NCBI GenBank assembly: GCA_965223865.1 | Contig: OZ245020.1 | Span: 64,001 to 128,000, forward strand | DNA: 64,000 nt | Reading direction: 5' to 3' | From: Nitrosarchaeum sp. | GTDB lineage: Archaea; Thermoproteota; Nitrososphaeria; Nitrososphaerales; Nitrosopumilaceae | Shown here: piece after piece, positions 50,672 to 59,426 of the stretch | How positions within the stretch are numbered: the stretch's first letter is position 1 | Layout of the letters: each line of letters starts with the position of its first letter | Program-made: the position numbers and the translations under genes | The notes under the pieces: generated by a model | The model's database searches: none | Told to the model about the DNA's origin: nothing | The model's input: the letters and a program-made list of their open reading frames with translations, nothing else

Positions 50672-50715
50672 AGAACTATTTTTTCATCAATAACTCCCCC
50701 AATCAAAATAGTTCT
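50672..50715. promoter_or_regulatory. 11-bp inverted repeat upstream of the HTH gene (candidate operator)
   Basis: AGAACTATTTT (50672-82) / AAAATAGTTCT (50705-15). Confidence 0.4.
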
Positions 50716-50743
50716 CTTAAACAAGATTGGTGTACATGATATT

Positions 50744-51430
50744 ATGGCATTACAAATAAAATCAAAAAAAGGTGGACCATACCCAAAACATGAGCAAGAA
50801 AAACGCAGAAAACAAGTATATGAACTTCATTTTGAGAAGGGATTTTCTGCAGTAAGTATTGCAAACAAGATTGCTGTGAATAGAAATACAGTAAATGAAG
50901 ACATAAGACATTGGCAGACTCAGATAGCATCGCAGTTTGAGGATCTAGACTTGACAGGAATAATAGTAAAGCAGATCGAAAGACTAGAATCTCAAAAAAA
51001 GCGATTACATGAACAACTAGAGGCTGAGTCAAAATCTGAGGTAAAACTTAGAATTGAAAAAATGATCTTTGAGATAGACTATAAAATTACAGAATTTATG
51101 TCAAAGATTGTAGATAAGATTCCAGTTAGAAATCCAGTGCAAGTAACGCCAGCTGAGGATGCAGAAGAAATTCTAAGAGAGATTGTCTTAGCTGGGCGCC
51201 TGGATAATCCAGAGAATACATCTGAGGAATCTCTTCTACAAGAGATGGTAACCACAGCTAAATTGGGTGTAATGGGGGCTGAAGAAATATTGTATGAACT
51301 ACAAGATATGGGAATGGAAATGTTTCCAAGTAAGGAAGGCTACAACCTAGTGTCTTTTATGACTGCAAGAGAAATAATTACACCAAAGGAAAGAATTGGA
51401 ATTAAGCAGGAAAAAGATCAGAAAAAATGA
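50744..51430 (+). CDS. HTH + coiled-coil hypothetical protein
   Basis: GFSAVSIANKIAVNRNTVNEDI helix-turn-helix followed by a coiled coil. Confidence 0.75.
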   Translation: MALQIKSKKGGPYPKHEQEKRRKQVYELHFEKGFSAVSIANKIAVNRNTVNEDIRHWQTQIASQFEDLDLTGIIVKQIERLESQKKRLHEQLEAESKSEVKLRIEKMIFEIDYKITEFMSKIVDKIPVRNPVQVTPAEDAEEILREIVLAGRLDNPENTSEESLLQEMVTTAKLGVMGAEEILYELQDMGMEMFPSKEGYNLVSFMTAREIITPKERIGIKQEKDQKK

Positions 51431-51437
51431 AACTTGG

Positions 51438-51467
51438 TGATCCTGTAAAGGATCATTCTTTATTTTT
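51438..51467 (+). terminator. Hairpin with GNRA loop and T-rich tail after the HTH gene
   Basis: TGATCCT-GTAA-AGGATCA followed by TTCTTTATTTTT. Confidence 0.45.
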
Positions 51468-51566
51468 ATGCAAATAAAAAAATCAAATTCTGATTTTATC
51501 AGATCATAATCTAATGAAACCAGTAATTAGAAAATCGTTAAATGAAAAATCATTGTACCAAAGAAT

Positions 51567-52529
51567 ATGCAAAAATATGTTTTTCTTGGTTCTTCAATAC
51601 TTTTTATACTAAGTTTGGCTTTTGGTTCATCTGTACTTTTTACTGCATACAGTCAAGAGTCATCTATTCCATCGTGGATTAGAACAACTGCAGGTTGGTG
51701 GTCTACATCACAAATATCTGATAAAGAGTTTACAAAAGGTCTTGAATATCTAATTCAAAATGACATAGTAAAAGTTCCTAAAATTTCAACAAGTAATTCT
51801 GACAAATCTGATCATATCCCATCATGGTTGCAAAAGAACGCAGGGTGGTGGAGTCAAGGATTGTTATCTGATGATGAATTTGTAAAAGGAATACAGTATT
51901 TGGTAAACAATGGAATAATTAGAGTGACATTAGATACTGAATCTTTGTGTTCGGGTAGTGCGCTTTGTGTCATATCCAAGGTTGACAGGATTGTAGATGG
52001 TGACACAATATACATAGAGGGATACAAGGTAAGACTCTCTTTGACTAATACTCCTGAAAAAAATGAACCAGGATTCTCAGAAGCAACAGAATTTACAAAG
52101 AGATTGTGTCCGGTGGGTTCTGTTGTAACTGTTGATCAAGACGATAAGCAGCCATATGACGTCTATAACAGATTACTTGGAAAAGTGTACTGTGATGGTA
52201 AGATGCTTAATTCAGAATTATTGTTGAATGGTCATGCTAATATTTTGACTCAATATTGCAGCACCAGTGAGTTTTCTAGTGAACCATGGGCTCAAAATTT
52301 TGGATGTGAATCTAGTTCAAATGTTTCTGTACAGCCTAGTGAATCTGTAAAATCTAGTGAAAGAACAAATTCAACTAGTGATTGTGATCCTTCATATCCA
52401 GACTTTTGTATTCCTCCACCACCTCCAGATTTAGACTGTAAAGATATTCCACAGAAACGATTTACAGTATTGCAGCCTGACCCACACAGATTTGATGGAG
52501 ATAAAGATGGGATTGGTTGTGAATCATAA
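51567..52529 (+). CDS. Secreted thermonuclease (SNase) with N-terminal Trp-rich repeats and a C-terminal Excalibur-like Ca-binding domain
   Basis: Signal peptide; 2x IPSW...AGWW; DGDT..VRL..TPE..YNRLL; CDPSYP..C..DLDC..DGDKDGIGCE. Confidence 0.88.
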   Translation: MQKYVFLGSSILFILSLAFGSSVLFTAYSQESSIPSWIRTTAGWWSTSQISDKEFTKGLEYLIQNDIVKVPKISTSNSDKSDHIPSWLQKNAGWWSQGLLSDDEFVKGIQYLVNNGIIRVTLDTESLCSGSALCVISKVDRIVDGDTIYIEGYKVRLSLTNTPEKNEPGFSEATEFTKRLCPVGSVVTVDQDDKQPYDVYNRLLGKVYCDGKMLNSELLLNGHANILTQYCSTSEFSSEPWAQNFGCESSSNVSVQPSESVKSSERTNSTSDCDPSYPDFCIPPPPPDLDCKDIPQKRFTVLQPDPHRFDGDKDGIGCES

Positions 52530-52715
52530 TTTTTAATCCATTTGTCTGAGGATTCTTCATAACCTGGAATTTCTTGAGGGTACACTCAATTGATCTATTG
52601 TTATGTTCATACATTTGGTGTCCATGTGTCATGCCACACATAAAAACAGCAATAATAAGCACTAGAAGATATTTTTTCATTATTGGAGTTATTCATCTTC
52701 TTTATTCCCTTTTTG

Positions 52716-53489
52716 TCAAATTGATTTTTGATGCTTGTATAATGCATAAATAATAACCAAATTCGAACCTATCCACAAGGAGGAAGCATTACTGATCCAG
52801 CTTCCATCTAAAATTTCTACATAATAGTAGGTAATATCACCAATAGTTCCTACAAATATCCCAACAAGAAGTAGCAACCATGTACTAAACAAAACAGTTT
52901 GTCTAAACAAGGAAAGCCCTACAAAAACAAGGCCCAGTTGCAGAGTTGCAAAAGTAACAAATACCAATGAATAGTAAAAATATGATAAATCATCAATTGG
53001 ATTGTTAAACACCAACAATGTATATCCCAAGGTGAGTATTCCCGGAACTAGTCCAATTGTAATTTTTTGGAAACTTGATATTTTTTCTGCAAAATATCTA
53101 ATGTTAATTATTAAATGTGCTAACAGTAGAGGATAGAACAAAAATAAGAAATAATCTGCAATCACTGGAACTTCTTGATCTAAAATATCCAAAAAATAAA
53201 CATAAAGTAATTCGGCCACAAAGGTTGCAAAATATGCTAAACCAAATACAAAGTAAGCACGTCCAAATACTTTAGAACCTCCATAAAGTCTTGAAATTCC
53301 AAATGAATAGATAGAGATGCATAAAGGAAGCAAGGTTATCAGATAGTGAGGAATCAAATTTGATTCAAAAAATTCTGGTTGTAATTCTAATCCAAATTGT
53401 AAAGCTGTTACTCCAATCAATATTAGAAAGAAAGGTCTGTAAGAATTTTTTATCTCATAAAAAACAGAACCGATTGATATTGATGCCAT
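52716..53489 (-). CDS. Multi-pass (about 7-8 TM) membrane protein
   Basis: Hydrophobic helices; AEL and GDI charged positions as in membrane sensor domains. Confidence 0.8.
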   Translation of the reverse strand: MASISIGSVFYEIKNSYRPFFLILIGVTALQFGLELQPEFFESNLIPHYLITLLPLCISIYSFGISRLYGGSKVFGRAYFVFGLAYFATFVAELLYVYFLDILDQEVPVIADYFLFLFYPLLLAHLIINIRYFAEKISSFQKITIGLVPGILTLGYTLLVFNNPIDDLSYFYYSLVFVTFATLQLGLVFVGLSLFRQTVLFSTWLLLLVGIFVGTIGDITYYYVEILDGSWISNASSLWIGSNLVIIYALYKHQKSI

Positions 53490-53513
53490 TTTAATAGGTT
53501 CATCATGTGATAT

Positions 53514-53538
53514 TATTTATCAATTATGATAATTAATA
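53514..53538. promoter_or_regulatory. Candidate operator TTATCA-N4-TGATAA (copy 1)
   Basis: TATTTATCAATTATGATAATTAATA, 22/25 identical to 54066-54090. Confidence 0.6.
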
Positions 53539-53545
53539 AAAAAGA

Positions 53546-54043
53546 TCAGGATAGGAAAATATTGCCTGATGTAATTCCCTTGTAAGACATGTCTTCCAAG
53601 TTAAACCATACACGCTCCTTACCTTCTCCAGTAGCCCCAGCAAACTTGCCTTCACCACCTACTATTTTCCATTCTGATTGGGCAATTCCATACTTGCCAT
53701 TTCCATATTCAACCCAAGACACCTCGCGGTTTTCAAATGCAAGGAGATTTCCCTGATCATCAGCGATTGTATACTGAGTGGTGTAATAGCCGCCCAATTC
53801 ATGATTCGGATCCTCTACGAATTGATATGTACCATGTACTTCTACTACTCCTTCAAACACAGAGTATGTTCCCGAATCGACAAAACTTCCGCTAAGTTCA
53901 TCTCCCTCTGAATCGTACCCTTCGTACATTCCCCTAAAAGGAATGGTTGTTTCAGCAAATACAGAAGCAGTTAGTCCTGTAGCAAAGAGACCTGCAACAA
54001 GAGTTGCAGTCAAGACTACGAATTGACTTGTTTTGCTTATCAT
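53546..54043 (-). CDS. Secreted beta-rich hypothetical protein (dirigent/AOC-like motif)
   Basis: Signal peptide; WKIVGGEGKFAGATGEG motif. Confidence 0.75.
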   Translation of the reverse strand: MISKTSQFVVLTATLVAGLFATGLTASVFAETTIPFRGMYEGYDSEGDELSGSFVDSGTYSVFEGVVEVHGTYQFVEDPNHELGGYYTTQYTIADDQGNLLAFENREVSWVEYGNGKYGIAQSEWKIVGGEGKFAGATGEGKERVWFNLEDMSYKGITSGNIFLS

Positions 54044-54065
54044 TGTATTTTATTAGATAAAGTAC

Positions 54066-54090
54066 TATTTATCATTATTGATAATTAATA
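54066..54090. promoter_or_regulatory. Candidate operator TTATCA-N4-TGATAA (copy 2)
   Basis: TATTTATCATTATTGATAATTAATA. Confidence 0.6.
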
Positions 54091-54153
54091 TGCTGTTTAT
54101 CTTATATGGTATTTATTATATATCAGTGAATGTTTCTATTAGGCATAAGAAAG

Positions 54154-54759
54154 ATGAATCCCTTAGATAAAATTGTCTCTCAGAGTGTAAAACAGGTTTT
54201 AGAAGAAGATCTAGGTAATAGAACATACAAAAAAGTTGAAAAAGAACTAGATGAAATGTTTGGTGTTTCAGTTCTTGAAGCTGTAGATGATTTTTCAAAA
54301 TTAGATATCGTGTTAAGAAAATTGTTTGGAAAACATTCAACAAAAATGGAAATGAAGATCTTCAAGCAGATAATAATAGCCGAAAAAAAAGAAAAAGACG
54401 AATCTTCAATTACTATCAAAGATCCTGTTTTGGCAACTAGAATTTTTGAATCCTATGGGGATCCTGTAAAGAAGAACATTTTAGAAGTGTTACAAAAACA
54501 CCCCAAATCAATTCCAGAAGCAATAGAGGAAGTTAAACTTCCTCAGGCATCTACATACAGAAGAGCAAAAGAATTGATTCAAGATGGATTGTTAACTATG
54601 GTAGGACATACCCAAGCAAGCGATGGTAGAAAAGTAAATGAATATACTGCTACTCTAAACAGAGCAGTCTTTGATTTTCAAGAGAAGGGTTTGCATGTCA
54701 GTGTGAAATTGCAAAACAAGTTTCTCAAAGACAGTTTTGCTTACAATTCAATAACATAA
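54154..54759 (+). CDS. Transcriptional regulator: N-terminal helical (NitrOD5-like) domain plus ArsR-like wHTH
   Basis: GDPVKKNIL...LPQASTYRR..EL..DGLL...DGRK. Confidence 0.82.
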   Translation: MNPLDKIVSQSVKQVLEEDLGNRTYKKVEKELDEMFGVSVLEAVDDFSKLDIVLRKLFGKHSTKMEMKIFKQIIIAEKKEKDESSITIKDPVLATRIFESYGDPVKKNILEVLQKHPKSIPEAIEEVKLPQASTYRRAKELIQDGLLTMVGHTQASDGRKVNEYTATLNRAVFDFQEKGLHVSVKLQNKFLKDSFAYNSIT

Positions 54760-54968
54760 AAAACAATGAAGACATATCAGAGACGAATTCAATTAACTAC
54801 TGATAATTTCTACGCGTTGTTTTTATGCAAAATCCTCAAACACAAAAACAGAAAGTAGACAGGTTGGAGGTTTCTTTCCCGACCATGACAGTACCTCATA
54901 GCCGTCTATTCTTTCATACAAAATATCAGAAGAACTTATGAACTTTACATAATTCCTTTGATCAAACA

Positions 54969-55094
54969 ATGAAATTTTTTGTTCTTTTGATTCTAGTTGG
55001 ATTTGTAGGAATTGCTCTGACCCAATAAGTCTTGGCAGATGATGCTTCTCTTTCTTTTGATTCTAGGCTTAATTTTTCAGAAAAGGATCCATGA
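54969..55094 (+). pseudogene. Remnant of a secreted-protein gene
   Basis: MKFFVLLILVGFVGIALTQ*VLADDASLSF...: signal peptide interrupted by an in-frame TAA. Confidence 0.4.
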
Positions 55095-55138
55095 CACAGG
55101 TCATCTTCAGGGCATGGCATTATACAACAAAACAAAAA

Positions 55139-55522
55139 CTACAAGGCTACTAGCTTTACTGTGTCCATTTTTCTGTCAGTCAGAAAACCCTTAGTTATGG
55201 ATTGGATCTTTTTGGAGTCCCCATCCAAGAAAAACATCTCCATACACCTATCACCATCTATCTTGTTATGTAGATGAGTCCTTATCAAATGCTCATAATC
55301 ATGTTTTATCCTTGCAACTTGGTCGTCAAACTCGTCGGCATGAACCACAATAAGTACTGCATTTTGTTTTCCTTTCAGATCTCCCTTCTGTTTTTCTTCC
55401 TGTACAAATGTTCTGATTCCTGCGCGAATAATCTCAGATCTTCCGGTAAATCCCATCGACCCTTGTAGTTTGTCTAGCTCCTTTAGTATCTCATCATTTA
55501 GAGAAATTGAAACGATAGGCAT
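55139..55522 (-). CDS. NikR-family (RHH + ACT) metalloregulator
   Basis: IVSISL..RSEIIR RHH domain; KHDY..THLHNKI...CME. Confidence 0.9.
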   Translation of the reverse strand: MPIVSISLNDEILKELDKLQGSMGFTGRSEIIRAGIRTFVQEEKQKGDLKGKQNAVLIVVHADEFDDQVARIKHDYEHLIRTHLHNKIDGDRCMEMFFLDGDSKKIQSITKGFLTDRKMDTVKLVAL

Positions 55523-55596
55523 TGATTCTATGATTATTAATTATTATTTAAATCTAGTACTGGTTTTTAATAATTTTAGGTAAAATCAGGCATGTT

Positions 55597-55662
55597 TGAT
55601 TATTAACAATAACAAAAGTCATGAGGTTTTTTATTAAGTTTATATTCTATTGTTAATAATCA
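55597..55662. promoter_or_regulatory. 15-bp perfect inverted repeat in the nikR-like/znuA divergent promoter
   Basis: TGATTATTAACAATA (55597-611) / TATTGTTAATAATCA (55648-662). Confidence 0.6.
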
Positions 55663-55683
55663 TTTATAGGAAAGATATTAGAT

Positions 55684-56973
55684 ATGAATAAGAAATCATC
55701 CGTTGCTGCAATTGGAGGCGGAGTAGCTGTAGTAGTCATAGCAGGTGCAGCATTCATGTTCTCTGGAATGTCAAATGAGCAAGTATCCATAGATAACAAT
55801 TTGGTTGATGATGCAAGTGAAAATAATGTTACTCTACAAGATGATGACAAGATGAGAGTATTAGCTTCTTTTTATCCGTATTATGAATTTACAAGAAATG
55901 TGGCCGGAGATGCTGCAATAGTAGAACAGTATCTCCCATCTGGAATTGAAGCTCATGACTGGGAGCCAAGAGCTCAGGAAATTCAATCATTGAAGGATGC
56001 AGACGTTTTTGTATACAATGGATTGGGCATGGAACCATATGTTGACAACATGATTAATTCCGGAGAGTTTGACAATGTGTTGTTTGTAAAAGCATCAGAG
56101 GGAATAGATATGATGAAATCAGATGAGGATGAGCATGATGAAGCACACACAGAAGAATTTGTAGAAGAGATAAAAGAAACCATAGAAGAGTTTGAGCATG
56201 GCCACATGACTGAATCTCAGACACTTGAAAAAATTGAAGAAATTCTGCATGAGCATGAGGGAGATGGACATGATCATGGAAACAAAACAATTGAAAGTAT
56301 TGAAGATATACTACATGAAATTGAGGATGGACATATAGGCCAAGAAGATGGAATAGAAGAGATACATCACATCATTTTAAATGTTAAAGGAGATCACGGA
56401 GACGAAGAAAAAGAGGAAGAACATGACGGACACGACCATGATTTTGAATTTGATCCTCATATTTGGTTAGACCCAATTTTGGTAAAACAACAAGTAAACA
56501 ATATCAAAGATGGGCTGATCAAAGCTGACCCTCAAAACAAAGAACATTATGAACAAAATGCCACGGAATACAACAAGGAACTTGATGAATTAGACATGAG
56601 AATTAAATCGTCTTTGTCTTCATGTGACAAAGATACCTTTGTCCCATTTCATAACGCATTTACATATCTTGGAGACAGATATGGTCTTAAGATAATGGCA
56701 CTCAGTGGGGTAGCTCCAGATTCTGAGGCCTCTGCAGCAGAGATTGCAGAGTTTATTGACTTTGTAAAAGACAACAACATCAAGGTAATCTTTGCAGAAG
56801 AGTTAGTAGATCCAAGACTTGCACAAGTCATTGCAGACGAAGCAGGGGCTGAAGTTTTACTGTTTAGCCCAATTGAAGCATTGACGCTGGACGAGATAGG
56901 ACAAAACATCACTTACATTGACAAGATGGATAAAAACTTGGATGCTTTGAAGGTGGCACTTGAATGTCAATGA
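55684..56973 (+). CDS. znuA: Zn/Mn ABC transporter solute-binding protein with a large His/Glu-rich insert
   Basis: AHDWEP, NGLGME, DPHIWLDP, FHNAF.Y. Confidence 0.88.
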   Translation: MNKKSSVAAIGGGVAVVVIAGAAFMFSGMSNEQVSIDNNLVDDASENNVTLQDDDKMRVLASFYPYYEFTRNVAGDAAIVEQYLPSGIEAHDWEPRAQEIQSLKDADVFVYNGLGMEPYVDNMINSGEFDNVLFVKASEGIDMMKSDEDEHDEAHTEEFVEEIKETIEEFEHGHMTESQTLEKIEEILHEHEGDGHDHGNKTIESIEDILHEIEDGHIGQEDGIEEIHHIILNVKGDHGDEEKEEEHDGHDHDFEFDPHIWLDPILVKQQVNNIKDGLIKADPQNKEHYEQNATEYNKELDELDMRIKSSLSSCDKDTFVPFHNAFTYLGDRYGLKIMALSGVAPDSEASAAEIAEFIDFVKDNNIKVIFAEELVDPRLAQVIADEAGAEVLLFSPIEALTLDEIGQNITYIDKMDKNLDALKVALECQ

Positions 56974-57773
56974 CAAACGTCCTTGAGGTAGAAGATCTTA
57001 GCATAGGTTACAATAGTCATCTGGCAGTAGATAAAATCAGTTTTGATGTGCAGGAAGGAGACCTACTTGGAATAGTTGGGCCAAACGGAGCGGGCAAGAC
57101 AACATTATTTAGAGCAATTTTGGGACTGCAGCAATATTCTGGTAAAATCAAACTGTTTGGATTTGAAGGTTCAAAGTATCGTTCGTTGTTACCTCTGATT
57201 GGATATGTTCCTCAAAAGGTAGCATTTGAGCCAAACTTTCCTGCAACAGTATACGATATTGTCTCAATGGGAGTAATATCTGATAAAAAACTGGTCAAGG
57301 GTGCTAAACTGATTCAGCAATGTGGTTGCTGTTGGAACAGGATATACAAGAAAATTGGAAACAATGATGATAAGATAACTGAAGCCCTCAAGACTGTGGG
57401 ATTGGAATCATTGAGAAATAGAAGGATTGGTGAGCTTTCAGGAGGAGAGCTGCAGCGGGTATTTATTGCAAAATCCCTTGTAAAGGATCCTTTACTGTTG
57501 ATACTAGATGAACCGGTAACCAGTGTTGATGTAGAATCACAAACCAAATTTTACAATGTAATAAAAAAGATCAACGAGGAAAATAACATCACGATAGTCT
57601 GGTCATCCCATGACCTTGACGCAATATCAAAATATGCAAACAGGGTGGCATGCATGAACAAAAAATTGTTCTTCCATGGCGAGAAAGAGAAATTCTTCTC
57701 TGACAAGGAACTCCTCAAGACATACACTGAATCATCAATGCAGATGCATATGCACAATCATGATATGCATTGA
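56970..57773 (+). CDS. znuC: Metal ABC transporter ATPase
   Basis: GPNGAGKTT, GYVPQK, LSGGELQRV, LDEP, SHD. Confidence 0.9.
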   Translation: MTNVLEVEDLSIGYNSHLAVDKISFDVQEGDLLGIVGPNGAGKTTLFRAILGLQQYSGKIKLFGFEGSKYRSLLPLIGYVPQKVAFEPNFPATVYDIVSMGVISDKKLVKGAKLIQQCGCCWNRIYKKIGNNDDKITEALKTVGLESLRNRRIGELSGGELQRVFIAKSLVKDPLLLILDEPVTSVDVESQTKFYNVIKKINEENNITIVWSSHDLDAISKYANRVACMNKKLFFHGEKEKFFSDKELLKTYTESSMQMHMHNHDMH

Positions 57774-57793
57774 TAATTTAGGGAATAGGCAAT

Positions 57794-58648
57794 ATGGTTC
57801 TTGAAGCTCTCTCTTATGGTTTTGTGCAAAAAGCATTGATTGCAGGAATTGCAGTTGCCTTGATCTGTTCTTTTATGGGAACATTTCTTGTGTTAAGACG
57901 TTATTCATTGTTTGGAGACGGTATAGCTCACGTTGCATTTGGAGGAGTTTCTGTTGGTTTGTTTTTGGGAGTGTTTCCATTGTGGACTGCATTTATTGTA
58001 TCCATCTTTGGTGGATTAGGGTTACAAAAGCTTAGACAGAGCACCAAGATATCAGGAGATGCAGCAGTTGCCGTAGTACTAGTTTCGGGACTGGCCATAG
58101 GAGTAATTTTGGTGAGCTCCTCAGGTGGTTTTTCAGTTGATCTGTTTAGCTTTTTGTTTGGAAGTATTTTGTTGATTAGTAATGAAGACACCATAATGAT
58201 TCTTGCAATCAGTGCAGGTATCATTGCAACACTAGTAGTAATGCAAAAGCAATTTCTCCACCTTACATTTAATGAGGAACAGGCAAAAATTGCAGGACTT
58301 CCAGTCACCTTGCTAAACTATGCATTTGTAATACTTGCATCAGTAACGGTCGTAACATCAATGAGACTGGTTGGAATCCTGCTGATATCTGCACTCATTG
58401 TCATACCAAACATTACAGCAATGATGTTTGGCAAAGGTTTTAAAAAGACAGTAGGAATATCCATGTCAATTTCAGTCATATCTGTGGTGAGTGGGATTCT
58501 TTTGTCGTACTATTACAATGTTGCACCCTCAGGAACAATAGTTATGATTGCAGTTGCTATTCTCATAGGGGTGCTTGTTGCAAAATCTGCAGGAATAATA
58601 TCAAAAACAGACATCAAGAAACAACCAGAAATAACACACAATAGCTGA
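57794..58648 (+). CDS. znuB: Metal ABC transporter permease
   Basis: GDGIAH, FLFGSIL, VGILLISAL. Confidence 0.9.
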   Translation: MVLEALSYGFVQKALIAGIAVALICSFMGTFLVLRRYSLFGDGIAHVAFGGVSVGLFLGVFPLWTAFIVSIFGGLGLQKLRQSTKISGDAAVAVVLVSGLAIGVILVSSSGGFSVDLFSFLFGSILLISNEDTIMILAISAGIIATLVVMQKQFLHLTFNEEQAKIAGLPVTLLNYAFVILASVTVVTSMRLVGILLISALIVIPNITAMMFGKGFKKTVGISMSISVISVVSGILLSYYYNVAPSGTIVMIAVAILIGVLVAKSAGIISKTDIKKQPEITHNS

Positions 58649-58689
58649 AAAGTAATTGGCCATTCCAGTTCAACAAATTCAGATTGATT

Positions 58690-58851
58690 TTGTGCTTTGA
58701 AAGTCTCCCTGATGATTTTGATTCAAACAAAAGATTTGATTCAGAATTGGAAGAGCTTAGAGAAGAGAACAAAGAACTTAAACCTACCAAGATGGTGTTA
58801 ACAGGTTTGATTGTAATATCTTTGATGGTCTATTTTACATCAAGAAGATAA
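58690..58851 (+). CDS. Small ORF or gene remnant: coiled coil plus C-terminal TM anchor
   Basis: ...FDSELEELREENKELKPTKMVLTGLIVISLMVYFTSRR*; only TTG starts. Confidence 0.3.
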   Translation: MCFESLPDDFDSNKRFDSELEELREENKELKPTKMVLTGLIVISLMVYFTSRR

Positions 58852-59102
58852 GCTGATGTAAAACTGATTTCGTGCAGATTGTAATCGACTAGCTATCAAC
58901 AGAGTTCTATTCTCAATACGTCAGTTTTTCAAAAGAAAAATTCACTGTCATCTGAAATTATTTTCGCACAATGACGTTGATGACTTGCATACATACGTTG
59001 TACAAACAGTCATTATCTTGTTCCATAGCCTCTATCGCAAAATTTGCTTAAAAGGTTGATTATAACTGCCATGGTAAATTGGGCTAAAAATCCATCAATC
59101 TA

Positions 59103-59130
59103 ATCAGTTGTGCTATTAGGCACAACTGAT
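59103..59130. other. Perfect 11-bp hairpin/palindrome
   Basis: ATCAGTTGTGC-TATTAG-GCACAACTGAT. Confidence 0.55.
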
Positions 59131-59211
59131 CAATTACCTGCTTTGAACATCGGCCACATCAACTTTCATGCCTACATAATAACTCAAAACTACTTTACGA
59201 TATTGCCAAAG

Positions 59212-59373
59212 ATGAGATGTCCAAATTGTGGAAACCAATCCAGTTGGAGGGATCCAACTTGTAACAAATGTGATAGTGTCTTGCATCAAAAAAATTGCAA
59301 GGCAAAGGCATCTGACTGTAAATGCCATGAAATTAACGAACAATCTTGGAATGACAAAAAATCCAAAGAATGA
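59212..59373 (+). CDS. 53-aa Cys-rich zinc-ribbon / metallothionein-like peptide
   Basis: MRCPNCG...CNKC...HQKNC...CKCH (7 Cys, 2 His). Confidence 0.6.
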   Translation: MRCPNCGNQSSWRDPTCNKCDSVLHQKNCKAKASDCKCHEINEQSWNDKKSKE

Positions 59374-59426
59374 TCCTACCTAATGTGGTGCAAATCTCTT
59401 TTTTTATCCATAATTCTTGCTTAATG

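Noticed and set aside
52462-52680. 72-aa minus ORF with a signal-peptide-like start
   Set aside because: Runs 68 nt into the nuclease gene; may be a frameshifted remnant but cannot be supported
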